From the NCBI RefSeq assembly GCF_009914755.1, contig NC_060929.1: a stretch of DNA of 64,000 nucleotides; one strand, 5' to 3'. Source of the DNA: the human T2T-CHM13v2.0 reference genome, Homo sapiens. Shown piece by piece: positions 27,160 to 45,399 of the stretch. Positions within the stretch are counted from its first letter, which is position 1. Each line of letters opens with the position of its first letter. Both the position numbers and the translations under genes were made by a program. Below the pieces are notes generated by a model. It did not search any database. It saw nothing but the letters and a program-made list of their open reading frames with translations, and was not told the DNA's origin.

Positions 27160-28199
27160 GAGTTGAAGTCTTGGAAACAAAGGAGGAGGGATTCCCCCGA
27201 TGAGAGGTGCCCTAAGAGTAAGAGGGTTTATTTTCCTGCTGGTTCCTAGTACCACTGCGAGGGAATTCTCCAGGGTCTTTGAAGATGCTAGAGAAAATTT
27301 CTGGATGAAGTGAAGTACCCTGAGCCCCACTCAAATTTCTCCTCAGGAAAATGTCAGGCAACTCTAATTCATGTGTTTCTACTTTGAAAGAAGGAGCTTA
27401 ATCAGGGGCATTTTGCAGTCAATCTCTTCATTTCACTCAGAAGGACACAAGCGTGGAGTACATTGTTCTGGGTGTCAGACAAACAGACTAAGTAACAGTG
27501 CTCTCTTGACTCCCAGACTCAGGTACCTGCATGAGTCTTTGCTTCCTTGCATTTGAGAGATGGAGAGGGCAAGATGGAAAGAAGAGGTCAAATGCGTTGA
27601 TTGAAATTAGAAGTTTGAATTATTTGTGTGTGCTTATCTAAGGTCCATATACCTATTAAATACCATGGAAATAGTATTTATTATGGCTCCGAGAAGAAGT
27701 ACTAAGTCAGATTTTCCCAACAAACATTCTCCATCCTTAAGCAGCACAGAAGTAAATATATGAGTAAATTAAGACTAATTTCTATTTTAGAATCTGTAAT
27801 CCATCCTTTTTTCTCCTTGGATAAAGACCCTTACTCCTTGCAACTACACCCTTTAAAATCACAATCCTATAGTGTTCAAGGTTTGTTTGCTTTTTTAAAA
27901 TAACATCAAATTATAGAGCACTATTACAGTATAAAATGTACTCATTTAGATTAATTGATGTATAACTGTGAAGTCATCTAATTTTTTACAGTGCCATGGA
28001 AGAACTTGAAAATATACAATTTAACTGACTAACATTTCATATTTTTAAGATTGAAGATGAGAAAGGTGAGTGCAGGAAATCCCATAAAAACTGCGGATTT
28101 CACAATGTGGCTTTCACTATTGCAGGCCCCTATTTGCTCTTCTTAATCCTTATGGTTTAGTTCCTGTTCTTTTTCTTCTCTCTTGTTTTCCCCTTCGGA

Positions 28200-29060
28200 T
28201 TCTAAACACTTAACAACTCTAAAGATTATCTCAATGCAAATGTTTTGAACATCTATATTCTAAGAATCTAGACCCAAATGTCTAAGCACATGCCGCATAA
28301 TTCAATACATCCCAAACTGAATCAACCACCTTAAGCCAGAAACAATGCATTCCCTTTTGCTCAGGCTCCAAATATCAGGGTCATCATCAGCTCTTCTCTC
28401 TTCCTTATGCTCCTATCAGTTGAGTCAAAAAATTCTACTTATATTACCTCTTTTGTATCTTTTACTTCTGTTTATCCACCCCAATTTCTACCAACGCAGT
28501 TTTTGTTCGTGTTCTCCTTACCAGCAACTCTGAGTATTTCAACAGTCTCCTCATGGTTGGTCCTCTCTGTCTTCCACACTGACATCAAAATTATGTTCTT
28601 TTCTGATTGTATTATTGTCCTGCTTTAAAACCTTCAATAACTGCTCACGGGACAAAGAACCAAGTTCAAGTTTGCACAGCTCTTTGTCATCTAATCTCAT
28701 CCTACTTTATTACCTGTAATGTTTTTATGTGAATGTCCTCCCCTCTCTCTAATGCCTGAATGCATAGCCACAATAGGATGCTTGCTACTTCTGCAATACT
28801 TGCTTCCAATGCTCTAGTGCTCTTACTCAACAGTGCTTTATATTCACATAGTCAACTGTCAAAGACTTACCTATTCTCAAAGTTCAGTTCATACATTATC
28901 TCCTCCTCAAAGTGTTTAAAGTTTCCACATTTAAAAATATTCTAACCTTTTTTTATAAAACATTCTGCCTTGTGTTAACACTAAGTATATGTTTCTCCTT
29001 AAGTCATTCTTGGTCTTGCATCACATAGCATAGGCATCAACAGGGTTTGCTCATTTGAAT
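28200..29060 (+). mobile_element. L2 fragment including 3' end
   Basis: TTCAATACATCCCAAACTGAA, CTGCTTTAAAACCTTCAATAACT, and a tail ending TTTGCTCATTTGAATTG. Boundaries approximate. Confidence 0.7.
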
Positions 29061-29943
29061 TGTTCTCTTAGAGGCATTAAGCCTGAGAAAGAGGAAAAAC
29101 TTGAATGAAGCATATCTGTAAAAACAGTCTGAATTCTATATTTCTTATAATTCCTTCTCTCCCTAAGTCTTTTGCAGAACTCAGCCTCTTTTGCTGTTTC
29201 TGCTGAGTGCAGTTGTACTCTTCCAATTAATGTGTCCTCCGTTTTCTTTTTGTCAACCAAGCTAAATTTTGACTAAATTTTTGGGCCATATTTCCCAAGG
29301 ATCTACTGAATCCTTCCCTGTGAACTTCTCTGGCTTTTGGTTTTTCTTCAGTTTCTAAGAAAACATTCACTAGAACAAAGTACACCCATACCAGTATTTT
29401 TTATTTCTCTATTTAAGTTCCTACCTATTATCTCCACAAAGTCTTAATCTTTCTTGGATTCTACTTACAGGGTAAGTCAAGGTGTGGTAGAATATTCAGT
29501 GGTAATTTGATGACAGGCACCAGGAGCCAGAGCTTTAGTTTTTAGGAAACTTTACTCCTGACCAAATAGGATTAAGACTGTTTAAAAATGTAATTCATTT
29601 GGATTTCCTTTTTCTTTCAGACACCTGCCTATAGTGCTTATTTTGTCTAGGTGAAAAACACATGACTTGCTGCAGGAAAAAAAATTAACTTAGTTTATGT
29701 CTGGTGTAATTTTTTAGTTTAAAAGGTTAGAATTTCTCAATGACAAACTGTTTTCAGAAACTAAAACATAAGGGACAACCTGATTGCAGAACCGTAACAC
29801 CTTACTCTTCAGTCAGTGAAACTGAAACCTTATCCAAAAGCTTATAGAAATGTGCTACTTTGTCTACTGCCATGAATCTTAGCTAAATAAAACCCCACAG
29901 CCTTTTACAGGACATTCCACAGCTGAGAGTAAAGTTCAAGTGA

Positions 29944-30404
<461 letters not shown>

Positions 30405-30544
30405 CCCATGCTATTTTAAAAGCTTTGCTTCTCACTATTGAAAAATGCTTTACCCAAGATTTTTTTCCAGGTACTTATTTCATTTTGAGATATAATTACT
30501 GTTTGTTGATAAAAAATAAGATTATTATAAAAGTATGTAGAAAA

Positions 30545-31086
30545 TACTTGGTTGTCTACAGACTACCCTCTACTTTCTTTTTTTCCTAAAGAGAATTTTG
30601 ATTTTTTTGAAGCACTTATTCTTCTCCAAAACCATGTGTCTCAGGGAAATCTGACTCTACCCCCAGTGCTGAGGCAGGTCTAATGAGTTTTAGGATTATC
30701 TTATTGTTTGCTAACAGTGGCTGAGAAACGAGAATGTGAACACATTTTGGTTGATGAGACAGAGAGAGATACTGCAGAGGAGTGTGTGGGAAGTTTCCTC
30801 GATTTAGGAAAAGAGAAGCACAAGATGCCTTTCTTCTTCCTCAGGACATCACCACTGTATGAGATTCCTGCCACTGCTCTTGCTGTCTCCCTCAGGATAA
30901 AGACAAAACCAAGATGTCAGAGATGGGGAATGGAAGCATTCTGCTCCTGAATGACAGATTGAAGTAGCTGGCTCAGTCATCACCCAACCTCTGGGTTACT
31001 GTTCACATGGCAGAGTGCATTTTCTTCTTGTTACAACTGTTCTAGTTAGCGTAGGCTTTGCAGATGAAAATATCCTAACTGATGCA
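30545..31086 (+). mobile_element. Old MaLR LTR (MLT1J/K-like)
   Basis: Ends TTTGCAGATGAAAATATCCTAACTGATGCA and contains internal MLT1-like motifs. 5' boundary approximate. Confidence 0.65.
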
Positions 31087-31764
31087 AAGGTGCATAGAAT
31101 TCATGTCCTAAAGATATACATAGAATATTTATGCTAATCTCACTCACTACCCTTATCTTCAGTACCCATCTCAATGCCCAATTTCTACCAAGAGAGGAAA
31201 ATCTCCTGAAAACTTTATGGTTTAAATTACCTCTTTATAGAGTGCAAATCTGCGCTGCTACCACTGCTCCCAATATCTGGTAAACTGGAACTATGAAGAA
31301 TTGACATTCTAACAGGGAAAAAAGAGCAAAGGCTTTCAACTCTAAGATATAAAAGAGCATCTGGGAGAGAGGGGCAGAATTGCAAGAGCAGCATTACCTG
31401 TTTCAGTTTTACCGGCAGGCAAACTTGAAAACCAACATAGGTTTACATGTTTATTAATGTACAACTACAAAGGGAGTCTTTTAAATTCCAAGGAACAAGC
31501 ACTGTCCTCTCTTTGATAACACACTTATTCAACATATCTTAGCTGAAGGCACAAGATATTACTATAGCCATGGCATATGTCAGACATACCTTTGCAAGCA
31601 GAGTTTACAAGTGCAGTGTAAGAAGACAGAGACCTACAATTAATATGGGAAGATCGTGGAGGTGGTGTGGACAACAATGCCTCTTCTTTAAAGCCAACCC
31701 CACAATTCTAGGGATGGATGGGAAAACTGCTAATGGTAACAGCCATTCTGCTACATACTATGAA

Positions 31765-31950
31765 GTCAATAATAATAATAAACACATTTATTGAGTGTTT
31801 GCTATACTGTAGGCACAGAACTAATTTGTTACTATGTCATTTGACTTTCACAATTGCTCTCTGTGGTAGATACTATTATTTTACCCATATTACAGATGGT
31901 AAAACTGAGGCACAGTAAAATTAAATAATATTCCCATGACTTCACAGCCT
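31765..31950 (-). mobile_element. MIR
   Basis: CACATTTATTGAGTG...CCCATATTACAGATGGTAAAACTGAGGCACAG. Confidence 0.85.
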
Positions 31951-32822
31951 CTTCCTGGTCCTACTGGCACACAGGCAAACAAAAGTTGGTAGGTAAACTC
32001 AATTCCATACCCAAGGGAGAATTTTACTGCTGTACAATTTCTCAGAAATTGGATTGACAGGGATGGGAGGACAAGGTGGCACTGGCAAATTTAAAAATCT
32101 GTATAACTTGTAAACCTGCCCTTAAAGAATTCTCAATCTAATGAGAGAGTCAAAGTATTCAAACAGGAAAGATTTAATAACAATACCAAATTATGTGTTA
32201 TATAGCTAAATGCATTATCATACCAAGTGATTTACAGTAGGATATCTATATGTGAAAGGTGCCCATACTTCATCTTTGAATGAATGGGCCCACGATCAGG
32301 CATTCAGACACATTAACCAAAGTGACTCCTTTCTTCAATATCAGAATAAGCAATGTCTAAGAGATGTGATAAATAGTGCTTGAAACAGATTGGCACCAGA
32401 AGGCCCTGGACATCTCAAGATTCATTTTCTAAGGATGAATTTCCCACATTTCTCAAAAGTGACAGAGATAAATAACAGAAAATAGTTGCATAGGATAGAA
32501 GCACAAAATCCAATACATGTCCTCTCCTCTGTAGTTCCATGCCTCTGCTTCACTCTCCACAGTACTGAGATGCCGTCTCCCCTCTCCTCTATCTGTGAAA
32601 ATTCATCCCATCTAGCCCAAAGAACAGGTCTTCTAAAAAGTCTACCTAGATCCTGGTTTTGACATGAACTCTTTCTCCTCTGGATTTCTTCCATTCTTTG
32701 TGCTTCCCTAATGCCCTTATCTTTTCTATCTTAGGTCAGAGCTATTTGCTCACATCCCACTATATAAGCTAAAAGTTTCCTTCCTCATTATTCCAGCTTC
32801 TTTGGCAACTACGGTTCAGGCA

Positions 32823-33557
<735 letters not shown>

Positions 33558-36242
33558 ATTCACTTAAATTATTGTTTACTCGTTCTGCTCTTGGTGAAGA
33601 AGGAGATTTTAACTACCATCCTATGTATGATACACTTCATAACCGCAAGGACTAGTGCTATGCCAGTTTCCTGTCACCAATGGGAACCTACGCAGGTTGT
33701 GTAGATGAGAAATGGATATTTGTTGTAATCAATAAGATTCATAAATCTGTGTTATAATTAGCCTTTTCCATGTTTTCATGTCCTTGACCCTTTACCATCT
33801 AAAAGATGGAGAAAATAATCAAATGCTATGCTAGCTACAACATTCTCTAGATACTGGAGAAGAAAGTGTCTCATTCTTTACTCTTAACCACTCAAAGTTT
33901 GATAATATGTGCAATTTTTTTCTCCTTAGGAGGATTATTCTGAGTATCTTGACTACTAAGTTTTTGTATTAAGGCATGAGATGTACAAATAGTTTGTTAA
34001 AAGGGCAAATGGGCATACCTCAGTGCGGTGTTTATACTGATAGCTTTTTTATTTGCTACATTTGTGATGGTACTGCCTAACATATTATGATTATTCTTTC
34101 TTTAAGTATTCTTTACATAAATTATCTTACTACATCTTTAAACCAAGTCCAAGAAGTAGTAATTTGTAAGGCAAAAGTCCAGAAGACACTGTATTCTATC
34201 TTTGTGAAAAAGTGTTAGTTTTCTAGGTTAAGTGGTTAGCCTCAGGCCACCCAAACTAGTTAGTGAAAAGCCAGAACTAGGCTGTGGTCTTTTGACCCTG
34301 AGAAAGTTGTTCCCTCAGACTTAAAGGATTGAAATAAGCTCATCAGTCAATCAATGTGTCAGACAAGTATTTTTTTAAGCCTCTGTAGGCTCCTTAACAT
34401 TGTCCTAACCCCTACCACTTGAGATATAGAAAAAAACCTTTAACACGGTCACTGCCTACAAATATCTTACTCTTCAAATTATCTCTATGTAGAGAGCCCA
34501 AGCAGACTCTAAAGTGGGGGATAAGGACAGAGAAGAAAGAGAGGGCAGAAATCTTCAAATATCTCATTTCTGCAGAAAAATAATAGAGATGACTATTAGC
34601 AGGCTCCTTCTACTTTTTTGGGCATGTAAATACACAAAGTCTTAAATGTGGCAATAGAAAGAGCCCAGTGTAAGCAAAATTGTGCATTTGGAGGAATCTC
34701 TCTTCACCACCCTTTTATGGTTGTTTTCTCTCTTTGGCAATCTCCTTGACTTCCTCTTCCTTCTTCTTCATGCTTAACTCTCACTGCATTCCGTTAGATC
34801 CTGGGAAATTCTTTTCTAAGCTTTTTTTTTAATAGTAAGTTGTTAAAAATTGATAATGATTTAATATGTTACCTGTCCCAGCAGAGCTTTCAAAGCCTTA
34901 ATGAAGAAGACAAATTACACAGGACCAAAGACATCTTGTTAGTGAATGCTTCTGATTTGAATATGCATTTACTCTTCTCCACCCAACAGCATGTCTATGT
35001 CTACTAAAGATGCTCACATGGATCTGCACCTTGAGCAGTCAGTTCTCTTTCTGATTCTCATTGGCACAGTTCCCTTTATTCCTGTTCAGCTTCTGTGTCC
35101 TTGAGCAATCTGTCTCATATCAGCAGTCACACTTGGCAGCCGCTCTACAAGGTTGTCAGAAATTGAAATACAGGTCATGCTTCCAGCAAGAGCATCAGGG
35201 CCCGTGACTTGTCCTTTGAATGGATCCAGGGCTAGCTTTGTACTTGCTTGCAGTGTTGAATGTACCATGGGGTTGTTGGATTGCCTTAAGGGATCTAGTC
35301 AGAAGGTTATGGACTGATTTGACTCTGACACTATTGTCTTTTGTTACTGATTTAGTGACCGGCTGTTTTGCTGAGATAGCAATAAATTCTTGGCCCCCCT
35401 GAAAGCTTTACTTGCCATATTATTTCCCAAGTTAGAAAGGAAGAAAGGAAATATAGTTTTGTAATGAAAGACTTGTTAAAAATCTATGCATATGAACAAT
35501 TAGTTTTAACTCTAAAACTAAGTGTTTATTAAAGCCTATGTCCATTTATCTTAATCTGGAGAGAGAACCATATCTGGCAATGTGACTGCTAAGAAGTATT
35601 GTGGGCAAAGATTTTAACAAACAAAAATATGAAAATCACAACAAGCTATACACATTTCTTGGTAGTCACAAAGGAAAAAGCAAGATTTGTGCTGTATTTT
35701 ATCTGGAGAATTTCTGTTTCCAAGCTTGTGTCTATAGATTGTTTAATTACCACCTATATCAGTGCCCCATACTCAAAAATTAAAGATCAACATCTATATC
35801 TTTATATATTAATATAGATGTATTATATATACATCCATATTATATATAACACACCTATGTATGCACATATACATACATCTTCATATACAAATAAGTATGT
35901 ATGAAATACTTGCCCTTTAAATATTACTCCTGCTTTTAAAATTGAAGAATTAATGTATTCAGATATTTCCCCTTTTCACCCCCTCCCCATTAGAATGCAA
36001 TATACATGCCCAAAAGTCTTCGTACACCTGCTGAATTCTGGCCTTTCTGGCTTGAATTCTATCCAACCAACAATAGTCATTAAACAAAACCAGCAACACT
36101 GCTTAAACACTCCACAGTTCAAAATGCCCTTGTTCTTAATTTTTGTTTTGGTCTCGTTTTATCGTATTTTTATCCATATACCCAATTCATTCTCTGAAAA
36201 CCTCATGTATTTAGAAACCTCTCTGATTTCTCTGTCTTAAAA

Positions 36243-36467
<225 letters not shown>

Positions 36468-36644
36468 ATAAAGAGACCATAGCTTTGTTGTTCCGGCACA
36501 TTTAGCTCTTTGCTCATGTGTCCATTCTCAACCATATCTTCACGCCTGCAGTGCAGGCTCTTCTGACTTAAAACTTTAGTTGGTTTCAACTAGAAGTTTG
36601 TTAAATAGGAAAATGGTGTCCTAATTCTATTTTCTATTGCCAAT

Positions 36645-36647
<3 letters not shown>

Positions 36648-36688
<41 letters not shown>
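36648..36688. repeat. Poly(T)41
   Basis: Counted directly. Confidence 0.95.
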
Positions 36689-36696
<8 letters not shown>

Positions 36697-38609
36697 CTTT
36701 CATTGGCTGTCAAGCTTTGGCCTCTGTTTTATCTTCTTCACCATACCTTTCCATTTTATTTCTATTTTTCATTGTCTTTTAATTTTCAGAAATCTTTTCT
36801 TTTCAAATAGAATTTTTTTTCACTAGTCTTCAAAATGTGTGGAAGCCATACATCATCGTTAAGGAAAAAACTAGCACAAAATCTGCTTGACCAATCTTGC
36901 TTTGTCCTCTAATATTGACTTACAAATTTCCCACAGGTTTGCCTTTGATTCTACTTTGCTTATTTTTCATTCCTGGATTATTGCTACATTGTCTTCCTTT
37001 CTAAATATTTGCCATTTCTCACTGGGTCATCCATCTCTTCTCTATCATCAATAGTATCTCACATTTATACATTTTTATTTTTTGTTTTGTCCAATTAATG
37101 CCTTGGTTCTTCTAATAATACCTGCCATATTTTCCAAATTTAGAGTTCTTCCTTATCAAGTATGTCATCCACAGAAACTGTGCCTAAACTTAGCCCACAA
37201 ATCATTAGCCTTTGATGATAATTATTCTTTCCCCCCAAAAATATTAAGTGACTTATTTTAAGGTTGTCATGTCTGTTGAACACACATATAAGAAAAATCT
37301 GCATAAAGAGCCAATGTGCCTTTCTCCTTCTTGCATATAAATTTCCTTTCTCAACCCCTCATTGAGTAAAAAGATACTGGTCATATTAGTACATGATCTT
37401 TATATATTTCAGTGATCTCATGGGGAAAAATCTTGGCTGGCCAATCAAAATCCTTTCTTTATTGATATATAATTGACATCCCTGCACCTCTAGTCTTGAA
37501 CATAGTCTACCAAACAGCATTTATTTTCCACTTGTTTTACCATTCTAGTCTATTATACCTATTGATATTCTTTTAAATCTTTCAATAAGAGCCATTTCCA
37601 ATGCTTTTTAGAGTTTAACATTAGCAGTCCTAAGTTTTAGTCATCTTTCCTCTTTCTTTTAACACATATGTTTTTATTAACCTTTTTTGTTTCATTTTGC
37701 TTTCCCTTCTACTCATAATTTTATTCAATTACCTTCAACCACGTACTGCTTAGAGATACTATGCTAATGACAGAAAGGAATGTAAAAATAAATTAGACGC
37801 AGATTTTGTCTTTTAAGAGCTTATAATCTTGTAGGCATTTTTAAGCACAAATATTAGAAAGGAATCATCTATTCATAACTCTAAAACAAGGTACAGGGTG
37901 ACAAGTATCATAAACATTTCGAGATCAATGGCTGGGAGGATTGTACAACTACCGTTGGTTTGTTCAAGTTGTGCTCAAAACACATGCAGCAGTCGTCTCT
38001 GAGGTCAGCAGACCAGGGAACACTTCCCAGCTGGAGTTGCTTCATGCTGCTCATTTCATTTCTTGAGCAGTGATGCCCACTGCTAAGTAATTTGTTTCAT
38101 AATACTTTGGTTGATGGATGCTCGGAATTAGCCCATGTCATTTCTCAATTCTTCAATTCTCCATTCGCTTCATCCTTATCCACCTTGTGGTGTTTTTGCT
38201 TTAAGTTCTGCATGGTCAACAGCAACTTCACTCTATCTTGCTTCACTCTCAAGGGTAGACTACTCTCTTGCCTAAATGTATGATTCACTTATAGATGAAG
38301 CTGACTTGATATGCAGAATACTGTTGTCTAAATAAGGCAGGTATTTTTATGCCAGTTTAATAATAGCTAAGATACTTGAGACAGAGTGTATGTTACATCC
38401 TTAAGATTATATAGTTGCTTAGTGAAACAAATGAGATTCATTCTATCATTAAAGACGTGTTTGCTTTTGCACCGTGCATCAAAATTCAAATATCTTACTA
38501 GGAAGAAGTGGTAGAAAACCTAAAACCTTGAACATGAGTAGGACTAAAAGAAAGAGAAATCTTATTTCCTAACAATTGGTTTTATAACAGGTATATGTTA
38601 TAACAATGG

Positions 38610-38860
38610 AGAGATAGATAGAGATATCATTTAATTCTCACAGCAACACTGTGAGGTATTAATGTCTCCATTTTTACAGATGAAAAAAATGAGACCTAGA
38701 CAAATTTTATTCATAACTAGCATTTATTAAGCAGGCCCTGTAATTGATATTATCTACATTATTACATTCAACACTCAACAATAAAACTGTATGAAAAGGA
38801 ATGTTATTCTCATTTTACAGAGAACAAAACTAAGGTTCAGAGGGTCTATGAAATTTGCTT
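38610..38860 (-). mobile_element. Two adjacent MIR fragments
   Basis: CATTTAATTCTCACAGCAACACTGTGAGGT...CCATTTTTACAGATGA and CTCATTTTACAGAGAACAAAACTAAGGTTCAGAG. Confidence 0.75.
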
Positions 38861-38899
38861 GATGCAAAACCTTTCATTACTTTCATAATTGTTACCCTT

Positions 38900-40130
38900 T
38901 CATTTTCTTTACTTTTCCCTGAAATTCTTATTAGCTTAATATTTTTTATATGAATGTACTCAACTTCTCTGTTATATTTTTTTCTCATTTTCTTCACCTG
39001 TTTAGCTGTTAAGTTCTAAAAAATTTCCTCAACGTTTTCTTTCAGACTCTTTATTGACCTTCTTATATTGTCAATCTTGTTTTTATTTCCCAAGATCTTA
39101 TATTGTTTTGGATAGTGTTTTGTTTAATAACATTCTCTTCTTGTTTTGTGGTTGTAATATATTCTAGGATCTCTCTGTGGATATTAGTTAGAATTTTCAA
39201 ATGTCTTTCCTGAATTATTTGTAACCTTTGGAGTTAGTGGCCTTATTTATTCATTTTGGATTTTCTTTTTCATAATGTTAAATGTCATCAAATTTCATTC
39301 ATCTTAGTTCTCTTACGTGTTATGAATATTTGTCTAGTGATTACTGACTATCTGTGATTATATAGAATAAAGACATAGACTAATTAGTAAAGGTATCTAG
39401 TACAAGTTCCCTTTTCTAATACATAAGCATCTCTATGATCCTACAAGTTCTCTCCATTGAAGGGGTTGGTTGCCTGGGGGTTCTGTGTATGTGAATAGAA
39501 AATGTCACTTAATAAACTTACCTTTAGTTAGTGTGGATATGGAGAAAGCCCTTCTTATGCTAAAATAAAGAGGTTTTCTCTCTGGGGCTCCAGTACCCTC
39601 ACCAGCAGTCCTAGCTTTTCTGAGACAGATGGTTCATTTTCTGTAGAGAACAGTTGTCCATGTCCTGCCTCAGGGTAAACAGAAGACAGCCAGTTGGTTT
39701 GGGTAAAGAGGGTGAGAGAAAGGATAGAGAGATGACCAGAGCAGCTGCTCTGGAAACAGTCCTTCAGTGAATCACTCTGCTTTCCGCTCCTCCACTCATT
39801 CCTGATCTCCCTATTTGCCAAGAGAAACTGTAGGTCTTCTCAGGGATTCTGTTGGAAAGATATATTCCCACACATGTGGCAAGACTTATCTTCTGTGTAT
39901 TCTGGACTTCAGATTTCTCCAACTTCTTTTATTCAGCAAGTCATTCTCATTCATTTGATTCTTCCAGAAGAAAATTACCTATGCCTCTCCTCTCTAATAA
40001 GGACTCCTACCCCCATTTCATCTATTTTTTTTCTGAATATGCTTTCTTTTGAATTCGCTGCTACCATTTTGATGAAGTGTTAGAAAAGAAAGGAGGCCAT
40101 ACCTTGAGCTCATCTTCATCTTTATTTTGA
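38900..40130 (-). mobile_element. HAL1 / old L1 5'-ORF1 remnant
   Basis: T-rich antisense segment containing TTCTTGTTTTGTGGTTGTAATATATTCTAGGATCTCTCTGTGGATATT, typical of HAL1/L1M 5' regions. Confidence 0.55.
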
Positions 40131-42084
40131 ACTAAAATAACTTTAAGGGGTAATAAAAGGTGAAACTTAAAAATCAATGAAAAAATACTTACTTTTTGCC
40201 TACACTGAAGTTTTCATTAAGACTTTGAAAAGGGGAGTAAGAGAGCCAATACAGTAGCAAAACAGTTCAGTTCAGGGTGTTGTTTTTAAATGACTATAGC
40301 CCAGATGACAAACTTAGATAAAATCACTCTTAATTAATAAGGTATATTAATGCTGTAAGGGCATATATCCTAAGGTATTTGGTTGTCAAGTCTATATTAT
40401 TTCAGAGTAGAAGCAATGCCTTTCAAACTAAATTTCTATATGTGACATAAATTTTATTCTTTTGAAGCTTGCCATTCTGCAAATATTTATGCAAAGTCCC
40501 AGTTGCACTCTAAAATGCCAAATACAAGACAAGCAGCTCACAATCCAGGAATCCCAAATGAGGCAGGGCTATGTGTGCCAAATAGAAGCCACAGTTGTGC
40601 CACCATTTTCTCCCTATCAGTGGTTTAAATTACTCAGTTCAAAACTTGTTTTCATTTTGGAAATAAACCAATTGTTGGACATTCTCGATACATCATTCCA
40701 TTTTAATAATTATGAAGACTTTAAAATGTAACATTTTCAGGGTCTATTCAATCAACTTGATAATTTTTAGGTAAATATTGGTATAACTTTTAGTAACATA
40801 CTAATACAACTTGCTTCCTCAGTTCTACTCTTAAATGCATCTGTTTTACTCAAATTCTGGAAAAGATGGATTCACACAATCTTTCGGCCTTGTCCTTTAA
40901 GAATCATGTGAGAGTAGATTAAAGCATTCATCATGCATCACAGTTCTCAAGTTAAATTGTGAGATAACACATTGAGAGGAAAAAATTTAAACGATAATTA
41001 AAATGTTTTTAAATTTTTATTTGCTATTTTATTAATAACTTTCTTTTATGTAATTTTATTTGTACATGGAGTTAGCAAGTTGATACTCATCAATCAAATG
41101 TTCTTAGAATCCTGAAGGTCAGAAAGATCCCTTGAGCAGCCTGACCTTGGCAGTTGACCCTGGCATATAGCATCATGTAGTTCCCAATGAAGATAAGAAT
41201 CAGAATACTTTCTTTTTCATTGAGCCATATTCATAAAAAGCAGCAACAACAACAGCAAAAAAATGATAAATGAGTGAATGAAGAAATGAATGACTTATTT
41301 GTGGAGGAGAAACTACACTGTCAGTAGAAATGATTACAGGTTCTCTCAAAATTATTTCTTGGTAATTATCCCTGTGTGTTTAAAATTAAAAACAGGAAAA
41401 TAATTACTACCTTTTTTGAGGTAAGACATTTAAATCCCAATCAAATATTATCATATGATAGTAACATTTCAATTCAATTCACCTTATCAGATTAGAAAAT
41501 TATTCACCAAACACAGCTTACAAAATATCGATTTACCATCTTTCTTCCTGACTGTGTTTTATTTTTTATAATCTCTCAGTTGGAGGCATCGTTGTCCACT
41601 CAGGAGACCTTCAGGTTAGAAACCTAGATGTCATCCCTGTCATGTCTAGTTCTTACCTCTCACATAAATCATTCATTGGACCTACAAGTATTTATTGAGT
41701 GCTGTTCGTGTCAGGTGCTGTTCAGGTGGTGGATTTGGGATAGTGATCAAAATAGGCAATGTCTTTATTTCTCATAGAGTTTGCCTTCCAGTCAGAGCAG
41801 TTAAAATAAACAAATAGATATGCCAGATGCTAGGTAGAGAAAGATACTAGGAAGAAAAATGAACAAGATATAGACCAGGTTATGGAATTTCTACATCTCA
41901 TTCTTTCTACCCCTTGATTCAGAGTTTCTCATCATCTCTAAGACTATTGCAACGGTCTTCTACTTCATCATATCTGACCCCATTAGTGTTTAAAGAATCT
42001 ATCTAATATCATTGTCAGATCTTTTCAATTCTCTCCTTAAATTCTTCAAAGCTTCCCCTCACCTTAAAGAAAAGCCTTAGCTTC

Positions 42085-42361
<277 letters not shown>

Positions 42362-43135
42362 TTAGCTTCTGAACAATGCATACCAGCCCTCCATGATCTT
42401 GCCTCTGTCTCTACCTCCAGCCTCATAACGTCATCTCTTGTTTTTCTGTCACTGGTGAAAATACCACGTCAAGCTAATAGTTTAATATTCACCACTTACT
42501 GCTGTGTCCATTGTGAAGGATGTTGACCCTACCCCTTCACCTGCCTGATAATCTGATCTCCCCATCTTCCCTGTGCTATTAAATGTGTGACAATTTTATA
42601 GCTCTCATAATGCCCACTGTTTATCTCTGTCAATCTGTTTACATATTATATCGTAGTATTTAATATGTATTTAAAATATTTTACTCCTACTGTGAACTGC
42701 TTGAGAGCGAGGACCGTATTTCTTTGCTCTGTCTACTCAGTGCTTACCACATTGCTTGGCCCATATTGTATGGTATGCAAGGCATATTTGTTAAATGAAT
42801 GAATGAAATTCTAAGGGTCTATATCTGGGCATCAAGAAAATTCTGAAATATGGGGCTATTGTGCAAGGGGGGCAGAACAAGAAGGAAAGCATTTAAAAAT
42901 CCTAAAACCCAGAGACAAAATAACTTAGTGCATACTAAAGTCATGCAGCAAATACAAGAGAAATAAAAGCTATGGTGCCAAGCCATTGATAACCCCCTCA
43001 TTTATTCAAAAATTAAAAAGAAAGTGTTTTACAAATAAGATAATAAATATCAAAGGGATGACTTGAAAGGTAGAATCATTTAGAGAACAGCATTGTATAC
43101 AAGGCAATACCTTTAACAAAATGCAAAAGGTATTT

Positions 43136-44851
<1,716 letters not shown>

Positions 44852-45399
44852 TCAAAACAGGGCTGGAAAGGGAGATGGAGACTGATTCAGATTTAATGAT
44901 GAACTGACCACAAGGAGGATTGTTCAGGCAAGAGGATCAACACTAGCAAGGGCTTAAAGGAGGAGAAAGCAGGAGCAGTAGAAGGGGAAGATTAAATATT
45001 GAAACAAAACCCTTAATGGGAGTGGGCACAAATAATCATTTCCATAGTAATATTGTTTCTAGGAACAATATATAAGCATAAAGAGAACAACTGATTTTTC
45101 CAAGAGAATCTATTGGGCAATACTTCTGTAGACTCACAGACAGCATATTCAAATTAGAGAAACGCTATGTGCACATATAACATGTGCTGGAGGTATCAAT
45201 CCTGAGTTCTTAAAAATACCTTTATAGTAAGAAATTAGTATCTCAGTTTGTATTGCAAAGTCTGTTAGGCTTTAGAATTCAGAAGTTAATTAGGCTTTGG
45301 ATAAAAATTATGTCTAAATCTCTAATGCTGAAATAGTATAATTTGATATTTATACAATTATTTTAAATAATTTTAACTCCTAATACAGCTCAGGGAATA

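Noticed and set aside
29461-29660. Strong donor (CAGG|GTAAGT) followed by a strong acceptor (TTTCTTTCAG|)
   Set aside because: No matching partner sites or reading frame define an exon. Isolated splice motifs are common by chance.
37930-38300. Possible ancient DNA-transposon remnant
   Set aside because: Only a vague resemblance. I could not identify terminal inverted repeats or a TSD.
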